This document shows, piece after piece, positions 34,530 through 46,256 of a DNA stretch of 64,000 nucleotides. The DNA is from Lepidodermella squamata (taxonomy: Eukaryota; Animalia; Gastrotricha): NCBI GenBank assembly GCA_047495785.1, contig JBLDXI010000015.1, positions 2,108,001 to 2,172,000 of the forward strand, given 5' to 3'. Position 1 is the stretch's first letter. Each line of letters opens with the position of its first letter. The position numbers and the translations under genes are program-made. The notes beneath the pieces were generated by a model, which did not search any database, had not been told where the DNA came from, and worked only from the letters and a program-made list of their open reading frames with translations.

Positions 34530-35393
34530 ATGTTCGACGACGACGACGAATTCGACGCCCTTCGGAAGCTGAAATCGCTCGATTTGCCGCCGCATCTCTT
34601 GACCCTGATCGACCCTACAAATTTCATTTTCGTCAGCGCATTGTGTGCCTACGTCGAAGACCGAAACAGGTACGAAAACGAGCTGACGGACGCCTTACTA
34701 GCCGCTAAACGAAAGATCGAAGCGAGCGAAGTAAATATAGCTAAATTGGAATCCGATTGCGATATTTTGCAGAGATGTCTCCAAGAAAAAGAAATGCTAT
34801 TGGCTGAAGAAAAATCTCAGGTTCAAAATTTGTCGAACAGGCTCGAAATTGAACGCCAAGAATCGCAGTGCCGAATAGATACTTGCGGCCGGATGATCAT
34901 GGACTACCGAACAGAGATGGAGCAGATGCAGAGGGTGCAAGTTGAAAATTGCCGAAAAATCGCCGAGCTTGAAACGAAGCTAGCCGAATCCGAAAATTTT
35001 CGTAAAAACGTGGAAAAACAAGGTGATGGGTCGAAGCCTTTACTCGAAAAGATTCTACGCCTTGAGGGCAAATCGAACCAGCTGGCGGAGACTTTGGCTG
35101 ATTTCGAGTCCAAAAACGCGGTCCTCAATTCCAAATGCGATGAACAAGCTGAGAAAATTTCGATTCTGGGCCGTTCCAACGAGAGATTTCTTTCTGAGAT
35201 TCGAGACTTGAAACTCGCATTGCAGCGAAAGAGCGATAATTTGCGATGCGCGGATCAGTTGATTATGGACTTGAAGGCTAATATGGCTCAGCTCAGCTCG
35301 CAAATTGCCAAAATGGACATGGAATTGGAGGATACGAGGGTGGTATTAGCTCATCGGAATTACGAACTGCTGCGATATCAAAAATATCGATGA
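34530..35393 (+). CDS. CC7: 287-aa intronless family member
   Basis: LRKLKSLDLPPHLLTLIDPTNFIFVSALCAYVEDRNRYENEL followed by coiled coil. Confidence 0.85.
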   Translation: MFDDDDEFDALRKLKSLDLPPHLLTLIDPTNFIFVSALCAYVEDRNRYENELTDALLAAKRKIEASEVNIAKLESDCDILQRCLQEKEMLLAEEKSQVQNLSNRLEIERQESQCRIDTCGRMIMDYRTEMEQMQRVQVENCRKIAELETKLAESENFRKNVEKQGDGSKPLLEKILRLEGKSNQLAETLADFESKNAVLNSKCDEQAEKISILGRSNERFLSEIRDLKLALQRKSDNLRCADQLIMDLKANMAQLSSQIAKMDMELEDTRVVLAHRNYELLRYQKYR

Positions 35394-35610
35394 AATATTC
35401 GAAAAGCTTCAAAATCTTCCCGTTAAAGATTAATTAGCTGTATTATCATTGTCCCAATTATTATTTCCCATAACTTCATCTTTTGTTTGAGTGGGTATGT
35501 TGACCAAATCTTACAGTTTTTCCAATTTTTTGTTGCTTTCTTATTATTTCGGTATAATTAATTTTTTTAGGCTGGAATAAAATTTTGATTTTTTTCTAGA
35601 TGTTTATGAA

Positions 35611-38600
35611 ATGGCAGTTGAGCAGCAAAATTTGAATAGGCTGAAATCTCTTGAATTGCCATCAGATTTGGAATGTCTGATCGATCCATCCGATTCCGCC
35701 TTAATCACTGCGCTGACTTTCTACGTCGAAGACCGGAGAAGATACGAGAATGAATTGGTGAGAGCGCTGATCTCTTCGAAAGAAAAATTGGCGATTTTGG
35801 AATCTCAGCTAGCGGATTCCAGATCATATGAAATCGATTTTTTAAATGGAGCCATGGAGTGGCAAAAGCGGAAATTCGAACAGTCCCTGGCGTCTCATCG
35901 AGAAATCATCGCGGAGAAAAATTTGAAAATTGAACGTTTATCGTCGGAATTGGCAAAATTTTCGCCAGTTTCATCTAATTTAAATCACGAGCCTAACTCC
36001 CAAAATTCGTCCCTGCGGAATGAAGATCTCAAGCGGAAACTTGTAAACTCTGCTGAAGAAATCGAATTGGCATCCCAGCTAAACAACAATTTTCGAACAA
36101 AATTGAACGAGCAAAGTGAAGTTTTGCGATCGAAAGAGCAGCGTTTGGCGACAATGGCCGGCCACTATTCCGTCTTGAGTGATCTGTACGAAATGAAAAA
36201 GAAGGAAAATGACAAGCTGAAAGCGGATTTGGTGCAATTAAATCAGACGAATGAAGATTTATCAGCGAAAAATGCTCATCTCCTGAGAAGAATCGAACAG
36301 CTTGAGAATACCCGGTTGAGCCCGGCAGCCGAGGAGAAAATTCTTCAATTTGAGGCTGAAGTGATTAAATTAAGGAGAAAATGCGAATATTTGCGTAAAT
36401 TGGCCGATAGTCGTCGCCACCCAGCGTCTCCAACGGATCTGGCGTTGAATCAGCATCAGGTGACGCATTACGTGACGAAAATTGTCGATCTGGAGACGAA
36501 AAATTCGAATCTGAAATCGACGATTGGCAAGATGCAGGCTGAAATCGATGAATTGAGGCAAGCGACGCGATCGGCTGCCGAGGAAATCAAGACCTATGTA
36601 TCGATGATAGAAGAACGGAACGAGAGGCAAATGGACGTCACAAATCTTAATTGTAAATTTCTTATAATTTTCCAATTTTTCCGTTTTCTAACATGGGGCA
36701 TCTGAGGGCAGGATGATCTTGGGCTCAAGAAGCTTTTCAAGTTTATACATTATTAGGACCATTGATTTTTTTAAATTTTCCGTCCCATCGGCCTCCGTTT
36801 GAAATACCAAATCAAGCTGTGGCAATAGCCGAAAAAATCTTGAAAATGAGCTGTTTTAGAGAAAATTGGCCGTTTTGTAAAATGCCCGCCTTTTTAATTT
36901 TGATATTCAAAATAATTATACAAAAATGAGATTCATATTCGAGCGCGTACATACTACCGCCTCGCTCAAACAGCACGCATTTTGTGAGAATTTTCAACTT
37001 GAACAAAACCGATTCTAAAATAAACGTAAAATTAAAGTTCTTGTCTCGCTAGTCTGTCCCATTTTATTTTAAGGCCAAGAGCATTATCAGAGTTTTAAAT
37101 AAGTCAGATTCCGGTCCCCAACAGTTTACGGTTTACAGGGGTTTATTTCATTTTGCCCGACTCGTGTTATTCGCACGAACGGGTCGATGTCGCGTGATGA
37201 AGCTTGATAGCTATGCGTGAGGCCTACGAATTTTCTCGAGTTTTCATCGCATAAGAAATAGTCAATAAGGAAAAAATTGCAACTAGAGTTTTTAATTTTG
37301 AGGAATAATCAGAGCTGTAGTATTGGGGGTAATCCTCCAATTATCTCCTTGAGCAACTTGTTTTTGCTGCACAAGCTACATTACTGCATAGACTGACGTA
37401 GCCGTTCATTCGTTGAGCTCCTCAGATACATAATAGAAAAAAGTCGCAATGAGAGAGGTGGAAAGGTCGCACAGTCTTGCCTCATCTTCGCTGCCTCGTT
37501 CATGTTGGCCCTGATTTGATCTTTCCGCCTGGAAACAGGAAAAAGAACTTGGGTAAATAATACATTAGACTAATCAGAGCAATCAAATCGCGGAGAGAAA
37601 TTGAATGCACCACGTCAATAACGCGGTCATGTACCGTCATTACCTTGCTTCGTATGACTTGACAGAACTGCGACCTTATTCCAGTTGGATTAACAAATAA
37701 TTAAGCATCGCTTAAATTACACAAGAACTGATTATGTTATGGCTTAAATTGAACCGAAGTTCTTCTTCTCTTCTCTTCTCATTTGATTTTGTTTTCAACA
37801 GAAAAACAGAAAAAAAGCAGAAATATTTAACATTATATAAGTAGTTAATGTATGGCGCCGGCCAGTCGTTGAGCTCCTGAAACACGAATAATTTAGTCAT
37901 TATTTAGTCATTGAAAACCAACCTGCATTTTTTACCTTTCCGGGATTTTCAATACCAACTGATCAAGCTGCAACCTGCTTAACTGATAATTTCTTCAAAG
38001 CTTCCAAAGATACTATGAAAATTCGAATCTGAATTTCTGGAGCGAGGATTTCTAGGGGGACGTGAAGGAAATCGCCGCATCTCTAATAGCATCAAATGCA
38101 AAAAAATCCACTCACCTTGATTTCAATGATCACGCGTGAAAAATACAAAATCGTAGGGAGCATTTTACCGCAAACCGATTTTTTCGAATTATTGAGGAGG
38201 AATTTCTATTTGAATTTAGGCTTCGAGAGTATACTCATTTTGACTATGGCGTGCACTCACTTTTTCGAACATGTACGGAACTAGGCGTGCAGTCATCGAC
38301 CATAGTTTTTTATTGAGTTTCGCTTCCCTACCTTGATGTTATCGCCATCGATATAAAAAGCGAAGCTAAGAGCAAAAACGCAACTCATCAAGTCGTTATT
38401 TTTATTCATTATTGCTTGATGAATTTATTTCAGGTTTGTTATATCAAATAGACATTAACGAAATCAGAAAATCACAGAAAATAGCACATTTTGAGTCATT
38501 TTTTAGTTGGAATCGTTGATGTTATCAGCTCCTGGTACCATCGGAAGTTTGAAGCTGGGTTTACCAAATTATGCGCCGCGGATTCCCAATGTCTGAAATG

Positions 38601-41542
38601 AACTGGATTAGACAGACCAAGAGGTATTAGAAAAAGCTTACCGTTGACGAATTCCGGCCTAGAACACCGGGGAAAACTTTTTTCATCCGACCAATGTCTT
38701 ATTTCATCCGACAACCAAAAATGTGACTAAAACCAGCCGACTCGCTTTTTCATTCTTTTCAAAAAATTACAGTACAAAAGTGACTACTCGGGTCGCCATG
38801 AATCTTTAACCATAAAATTCCAATTTTATGGTTAAAGATTCATGGTGCATAAAAGGGTTATGCCCCTACGGAAAAATCGAACTTGGGAAAATCGAGAAAA
38901 TCGATATTTTCATGTCGGATGATTTTAGTCACATTTTTGGTTGTCGGATGAAATAAGACATTGGTCGGATAAAAAAAGACATTGGTCGGATGAAAAAAGT
39001 CACACCCAGAACACCTGCGCACCTTCACCGTTGCTGCGACCTTATTCCAGTTGAGATTAAAAATCAATCAAGCATCACCTAAATTACACATGAGAATCGC
39101 TTATATGATATGGCTGACTAAATTGATTCTCTCATCTTCTCTCATTGCAATCATACAAAATCACGAATTCACACAACAATAGTATAAACAAATAGTCGTT
39201 CTTTCGTTGAGCTCCTGAAATTCAAAATACAAAAAGTCAAAATGAGAAAAGTGGGAATGTCGCATATTCTTACCTCGTCGTGTGCTTTTTTGATATCTTT
39301 AACTGCCTGAAAACAGAAAAAAGAACTAATGTAAAATAATTATCAGCGGAAAATTCGAATTTAAAACAAAAGCTACGACGTAAGACTTATCACAGCAATC
39401 AAATCACAGAGAGGAATTGAATGCACCACGTCAATAACTCGGTCATGTACCATGCATTACCTTGCTTCGTTTGACTTGACGAAAATAACTGCGAAACATT
39501 CCATATGATAGTTAAAAACAGAAATCAGATCACTTACATCCTTCACTTGCGTTGCGATATTGCCGCGCAGCGTCTCAATGGCAGCCTCGTGCTCCGCTCG
39601 CAACTTCTCGAAGTCCGATTTGTGCTCGGCTCGCAACTTCTCCAGCGAGGCCTGGTTCTCAGCGCGCATGCCGCCATGTCCTCACGAATGTGACGAATTT
39701 CGCTTAGAATAGTCGCTACTCCGAAGTAACTGCGAAACATTTGAAAGTTGAAAACAGAAATCAGGACACTTATACATCCGTTATCTGCGCAAGGATATCG
39801 GTATGCAGCTTTTCAAATTCAGCTGCGTTTTCGCGCCGAATCGCAGCCATTTCTTGCTGGATAGCTAGCTGCGTGGCAGCGTTTGCAGCAGCAGCGGTAT
39901 CTGCAATCAATTTGTTGAGGGTACGAAATTCACGAACCCCGTCGGCTAGACCTGCCTCCATTGGAATTATTGGAATATTCAATAGCAAAACATAAAAATT
40001 ATAGTTTTGAGTATGAAAATAAGAAAAAGAATACTGTAACTCTTGTCAGGCAGGTTATAGTGAGCAATGACTACACGAGGGAGCAAAACCTTCGATGAGG
40101 TGATTAAAAGAAGATGTTAATGACAAAGTGGATCAAGTAATCTGTAGTAACTGCGAAACATTTCAGTTGAAAGTTGAAAACAGAAATCAGGCCTCTTGCA
40201 TCCCCCTCCTGCGTGAGGACATCGGCGCGCAGCTTTAAGGTAAGCGTCTATTTTGAAAACTCGACCCTTTGCATCGGTTGTGTGAATGTGGCAGCGGTTT
40301 GTGAGAATTAGGCGTCAGCACGGTACAGCACCTGAAACGTCCATTGAAAATACCATAGACTATTTTCGAACCTCTGCGGCAGCCACGGCACTGCGCTCGA
40401 TTGTATCGTTCTTCTTCATCTAAGCGAGGATTCAGGATCGGATTTAGTGTAAATGGATGCTGGGCATAACCACTATCAACCAAAAGATGAAAGCCGGGAA
40501 AATTATCGGTGAATATTACCTCTCACGCCAAACCCCACTTTTCACCTGTATTTTTCACCTGTTGACGGTCATTTTCGAATAATTTTTGGCCCCCTTCTGG
40601 TAGGTATCAGAAGGTAAGGCCTAGAGCATTATCAGAGTTTTTAAATGAGTCAGGGGTCCGCTGTCCGAGGAAAAACAGTTTTCGAGCGTTGATTCTTCTT
40701 CTCTCATTTCGTTTCACGAACGAACGACCGAAAATCTTACAAAATCACGAATTCACATTTAACATATTGGTATTGGTATTGGATGTATAGAGTGAGAGTT
40801 TTTTCTTGCCGTTCATAGCTGCGTTGTCGGCCCGCATTTGCTCTAAAGCGTGGTCGCCGGCGCGAATTTCTCGTAAAAAGGCCGCCATGTCGTCATGAAT
40901 TTGATTACGAATTTCGGAAAAAAATCACTAGCGTTGCCAAGTGTTCAAAACATGCACCACGTCGAAAACTCAGTCATGCGCCATCATTACCTTGGTTCGT
41001 ATCACTGGACAAAAAACAGCAAAAGGTTTCAGTTGAAAGTTGATAACAGAAATCAGGACACTTGCATCCCACATCTGCTTGGCGATATCGACTCGCAGCT
41101 TTTCACTGGCTGAAGCAATATCTCGGCGAATAGCTTGAACGGTGACAGCGTTGTCTCGGCGAATTGCTTGCAAGGTGGCAGCGTTTGCGGCAGCAGATAT
41201 TGACAACGATTCGGTCTGGCTTGCATTGAGCACACAGCCGGCCAGTGTTGAAAAAAACCAAAATAAAAATCACTTTAGGGATTCAAGTTAGGAGTTTGTC
41301 TGAGCGAGGATACAGATAAATTATTTGCCACTGATTCAATTAGAAAGAAAAAAAATTTTGTTCGAAAAATGAAAAGAAAAATTTTGAAATTAAAAATTAA
41401 AAATTAGCTTGTCTGTCACAAAAGCGGATTTGATGTCTCCGTGATAAAACCGCTGAAACTGAATTTAAAATCAAATCAATTCTTATAAAAATATTAGTGT
41501 TAATTTTTTCTAATTTTCTTAGATGCAGCGTCCAGCAATTAA
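35611..41542 (+). CDS. CC8: family member; exon 35611-36652 plus tiny last exon 41523-41542 after a 4.9-kb intron
   Basis: Family N-domain. The ORF becomes intron-like at t|gtaaattt (36653); a strong acceptor at 41521-41522 gives in-frame YAASSN* directly before CC9. Confidence 0.75.
38669..39007. mobile_element. Foldback MITE with 8-bp TSD and a perfect internal hairpin
   Basis: TSD agaacacc at 38661-38668 and 39008-39015; arms ttttttcatccgaccaatgtcttatttcatccgacaaccaaaaatgtgactaaaa inverted; 24-bp perfect stem at 38796-38845. Confidence 0.9.
40300..40510 (-). mobile_element. PIF/Harbinger transposase fragment
   Basis: LLVDSGYAQHPFTLNPILNPRLDEEERYNRAQ...YGIFNGRFRCC matches the HARBI1-type DSGY...YN...FGxLKxRFRCL motifs. 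Confidence 0.8.
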
Positions 41543-41711
41543 ATCGAAGTGGAACGACTCGGAACTATGGGACTGCGAACACGTGTGCACGTTAAACATT
41601 TGATCGTGATCTTTCAATTTATGAAATTCTCTGTTAATGTTTTGAAAAAATTTTGTTTTGACTTATTTTATTAAGGAATTTTTGCTTTTTTTTTAGAATT
41701 GTATTTTCATT

Positions 41712-42800
41712 ATGGAAAATGGAACTCAAACCACAAATTTACAGCGGTTAAAATCGCTTGATTTACCCACGGATCTTTACCACCTTATTGACCCGTCCGA
41801 CGCGGCTTTAGTCGACAGTTTATTTCATTACGTCATCGACCGGAATGCTTACGAATCTCAGTTAAAACACGCGTTAATACAAGCTAAGGAAAGCCTCGCG
41901 GAAAGCCGAAAAATCATGGAAAAATTCGAATCGGACCGAAGTTTTGTCGAAAATTCGGCTCGAGAAATCGATTTATTCTCACAGCAAATCCAGTCGCTTT
42001 CCTTCGAAATCGATTTCCTAAATCGGCAACTGGAGTTTGAACGCCAAAGTTTTCAATCTCAAATTCAGGCAAAGGACGAAATCATCGCTGACCAGGAGAG
42101 GAAAATCAGCGATTTAACTATTAAGGTGGACGAAATGAGTCAGCAGTCCAGCGAGGAAACGGACTCGGATTCCCAACGAGAGGTCGAAAATTCGCAGCTC
42201 CTGAGAGAAATGGAGCTCTCGATTTCATCGCTTCAAGTTCAAAACAGCGATTTGGAGAAAAAATTGGTCAATTTAACGGACCGAAATAGACATTTGTACC
42301 AGGAAAATAGAAAATTGCAGGCGGACCTTGATGAAAAATTTGACATTTTAAACGATAAAGAGCGTCGGTTTAGTGTTCAAAATAGCCGTTTTGGCAATTT
42401 AAAGCGGGCATTTGACCGGAAAGTTGAAGAAAACGACAGGTTACGCGATGAAAATAATGAACTGAGGCAGGAAAATAGCGACCAGGCCGTTAAAAATGCG
42501 TCATTTTTGAAAAGAATTGAAAATCTTGAGAGTAAACTGTTGAATCGGGTCGATCCGTGTGCGGCGGCTTTAACTGAATCTCGCGAGCGAATCAAACAAC
42601 TCGAGGCTGAAATTTCGAATAATTGTGTCTGCAAAATCAAGGATTTAGAAACGAAAAATGAGAGGTTGAAGCTGGTTATTCAAAATATGCGGGTCGAATT
42701 TGAAGGATTGCGGTTCGCCACTCAAACAGCCGCTGATAAAATTCAGAATTATTCGAGCGAAATCGACGACATGGAAACCGATCAGCAGCCGCAGGGATGA
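41712..42800 (+). CDS. CC9: 362-aa intronless member, closest to CC8
   Basis: Family N-domain; C-terminal KIKDLETKNERLK...ATQTAADKIQNY parallels CC8 KIVDLETKNSNLK...ATRSAAEEIKTY. Confidence 0.85.
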   Translation: MENGTQTTNLQRLKSLDLPTDLYHLIDPSDAALVDSLFHYVIDRNAYESQLKHALIQAKESLAESRKIMEKFESDRSFVENSAREIDLFSQQIQSLSFEIDFLNRQLEFERQSFQSQIQAKDEIIADQERKISDLTIKVDEMSQQSSEETDSDSQREVENSQLLREMELSISSLQVQNSDLEKKLVNLTDRNRHLYQENRKLQADLDEKFDILNDKERRFSVQNSRFGNLKRAFDRKVEENDRLRDENNELRQENSDQAVKNASFLKRIENLESKLLNRVDPCAAALTESRERIKQLEAEISNNCVCKIKDLETKNERLKLVIQNMRVEFEGLRFATQTAADKIQNYSSEIDDMETDQQPQG

Positions 42801-43409
42801 AATCAGAAACGAAAAGCTTTGTCATTTCGGAATACATCGAGTGATTTTTTCTATTTTGTTGTCTTCATTTTGTCGAAAATCTATGTGTATTGATATAGTG
42901 ATTATTGTAAAAGAAAACACGTTCTCAAAGTATATTTTCACTTATTTTTGCTTGTCTAGGTAGAAATTCTTAATTTTTTTTAATTAAAACGAGTGAAAGC
43001 GACGAATTTTAATGCGATTTTAGCTTGAAAATCGCAGCCTGTCCCACTTAACTGCGCTGTTGCAAGGCCATGAGGCGCATTTTTAAATGAGGGCAGAAAG
43101 TAATGAACAGTGGGTTTTATTGCTTGAACCCGGGCTTTAAAGGCCTACTTTAATAGTTTATTTAATACTTTTTGAGCTGATAGTTTTTCCATCGACATGT
43201 GGATCGTCTATAATATCAGTGGATTTGATGGCTTTTAGTCATTCTACAGAGAACAACCCGTAAATGTGTTGCCTTCAACAATTTTTTCAATTATTACCTA
43301 GCCGTATGCCGATAACGCCGGATTCCATGAATTAATTTTATGAGAAAAACTGGCCGCACCCGAATGATCGGAGCGTTTTTGGCCATTTTCGAAAAATAGG
43401 AACAGTGTG

Positions 43410-44094
43410 CCGTAAGCGTAGTTAATTTTGGACAGGCTAAATTTGGACAAAACGACTTCTGTGCGTAAGCGTGTTGTATTAGTGCGGTTTAAAAAAATGC
43501 CATAAAAAATCTCGCGGTGCTTTGAAAGACAGGCTTTCCAACGGTACCAAATTTAGGGTATTCTGAAAGTTACCTGATTTTCTAATAAATAAGAAGGTGG
43601 GATGTCTTAAATGTCGATTTAAGACTCCCTTATTCCCGGCCAACCTGAAAGCCGATTGCTCTGAAAAGTTTACCATCAGTAGTTGACAGCTGTTTGAATT
43701 TAAAGTCGAATTGTCGACTTGTAAAAAATGGGACATTTGGCGCTGAGAATTTTTCAAAGGTAAGCTCAAAGATTAAGCCGCACGCGGGGCAATTTTGGAC
43801 AGTATCAATTTTGGACGTAATCAGTTTCTTGGCACCATGTGCGAATTTTTTCGGATTTTCAATAGAAGTTCTGCATACGCATCCCGACAATTATGAATAT
43901 GCTAATGAGGTGTCCAAAATTGACCAAAACCTTGCACCATTTTAATAAAATCAAGGTAACATGGGAAAATTACGAATTTTTGCTCATGGGAATTTTTTCT
44001 TCCTCATGCCCTGTAATTGCCACATTTGTATAATTTTTTCTTGATTTTTTGAAGCTGAAAACCATGTGTTTGTCCAAAATGACGGCGTTCACGG
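43410..44094. mobile_element. Degenerate CCGT...ACGG-ended MITE
   Basis: Left end ccgtaagcgtagttaattttggaca vs reverse complement of right end ccgtgaacgccgtcattttggaca; TA on the right flank; internal aattttggac repeats. Confidence 0.55.
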
Positions 44095-46256
44095 TAAGCC
44101 CTTATTCAAAAAATGAAAATTCTTCTTGCTCTCACTTAAAAATTGTCTGCTAAATGAAATGAAACGATTAAATGCTTGCCTTGTTTTTTTCCATTCAAGT
44201 AATTTTTTCCTTGATTTTCTCCTTGATCTGTGATCTGTCCATAAATTGATCATTTATCAATAACCATTCGGCCGCGTTCAATCTTCAAAGTTATTGTCGT
44301 TGATCTATTGCGCGCCAAATGGAATCGCGCGTGTGTGCGATTCGCGATTTTAGATGCGCGCGAGGTGTGATTCGCGCACCTCCGTTATGCGGCTTAGTCA
44401 CCTTCGTCACAGGCGCGGCAATAACAAATACTAATTGTTGCTCAGCGCCGTCGCGCACTTGTAAATCGGAATACCGAGCCCACGAATATTGCGGCGTTTG
44501 AATCCGCACTTGCCGCGCTCTCAGTAATGTAACGACATAACATGACCCATCTTTGATATCACGGCGCCGTCATTATTTGATCACGCGATCTGCCACCAAT
44601 AATCGAGTGTGCCGACTCGCCGAAAGAGGGTCATTACACAGTAGTGTCATTAGTGGAGCGGAAGCCGCCGTCTCTTCGCTGTAACTGATCGCTTTACCTA
44701 TAATGTCAGGTTAATTTCTTCAGCCGCGTAATTTTCGGCCCTTTTTATCGACAATTTCTGCCTTTTTACTGACAATTTTAAATACCTACTGATTAGATAG
44801 ACCTACCTTAGGCCCGTGGGTTGCCCTCACTTGCAGATTTTTCTATTAAAATGACACCAATCATAATTTTCGAGGGTAATCGTTAACTTGCCTTAACTCT
44901 GCTTACCTCTGCTCTAGTCGCGGTTTGCATACCCTATTACCATTTCATGAATCATTATTATTATCATTGACGCACATTTTTATCGTTTGACCTGGTAACA
45001 CCTCTTACATAAGTTTGTAACATGCTTATTCACTTATTAGGTATGATTCATCGCTTCTCCCAGTTTACAACAACCTTCTCTCCCTTTTCTCATAATTTTG
45101 AATCGAGTTTTATCGTCTTTTTTTTTTAATTTTTGGACGTGGCTGTGTGAACACAGTATTGTGAATTGCGCATAGACTTGGCTTACACAGTGTTTTAGCC
45201 TACCCCCATACCTAATTAAATCATTGGGCGAGAAAAAGCCATAGTGTCGAAGGCAATTTGCCAACCCTTAGACAATAATTGTTGCTCTAGATAACTGTGA
45301 GACTATCCGTTTAATGAAAATCAGGGTATGGTCGGGGTGATTGTCTACCTGAACAGAGGGCGTTAAAATCTAGGCGTGTGTCACGCAATTTGGGTGCGCA
45401 TAGCCATTTTGTCACACCCTTTTACTGTGTTCACATAGCCACACGTTTTGCCGTCTTACTATTTTCCCTCAATTACCGGTGAGGGGTATAATTTTGACAG
45501 GTACTAGTTTGATAACTTTTTTCTAAGGTAATTTCTTGAAATTCTGGAAAAATAGTGAAAAAATCGTTTGTCGTTTCTCCAGTCGCGTAATTTTTCCTAA
45601 CGAATTTTCATTCGATTTTTATCTCATAACCAAATCGATACCCTTCGATTCGATTTACCGAATTCGATTTAGTTATTGACTTCTAATTTTTGGAAGTGAC
45701 CCCTCGATGTCTATCAAAATTCTTCTGAGAAAATCAATGGTATTTTAATTGATGATAGAAACTCGGTTATTTACGCTCAACAAGTCTACTCAAATGTGAC
45801 ATAAATGGCTGAGTTTATTGTTATGACTCTATAGTGTAAATCTGCATGCACAATAAGTGTACATATTTATTCTATCGCTGTTGTTTGATACATAAAATAG
45901 CAACAGGTATCAGGTTATTTTACGATAGCAATAACATCGATGTGCAATGTGTTAATTAACATGTTTACGAGGATTTGCAACAGGGTCTGATAGTTCTACA
46001 GTGAATTCTGTCGGTTAGGCATTAGGTAACTCCAATTCTAAAGAACTCATTGATTTCGAAAAACCACATTTGTAGTATTTTTTTTATTTTTTGGCGCTTG
46101 TTAATTAGGTTTGGCTCCTTGCACCCTTTTCCAATTTTTGATGTTTGAGTAATTTTTCTACTTCGAATTTTCCTGTTTTTTTTTAGAATTTGTTGGCGAT
46201 TTCTGTTTTTGTTAATTTTGGTAATTACCGCAAATTTTATCGATTTATCACGAAAA

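Larger units (their letters stand above)
37380..41235 (-). pseudogene. Cluster of degenerate antisense micro-exon genes encoding short Ala/Glu/Arg helical peptides, nested in the CC8 intron
   Basis: Homologous blocks recur at ~37380-37900, 39030-39700, 39730-39990, 40140-40235 and 40800-41235. The minus strand has GT-AG-bounded mini-exons (...IATQVKD | LFSSSQTKQ | AVKDIKKAHDE | ELNER...). Confidence 0.5.
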
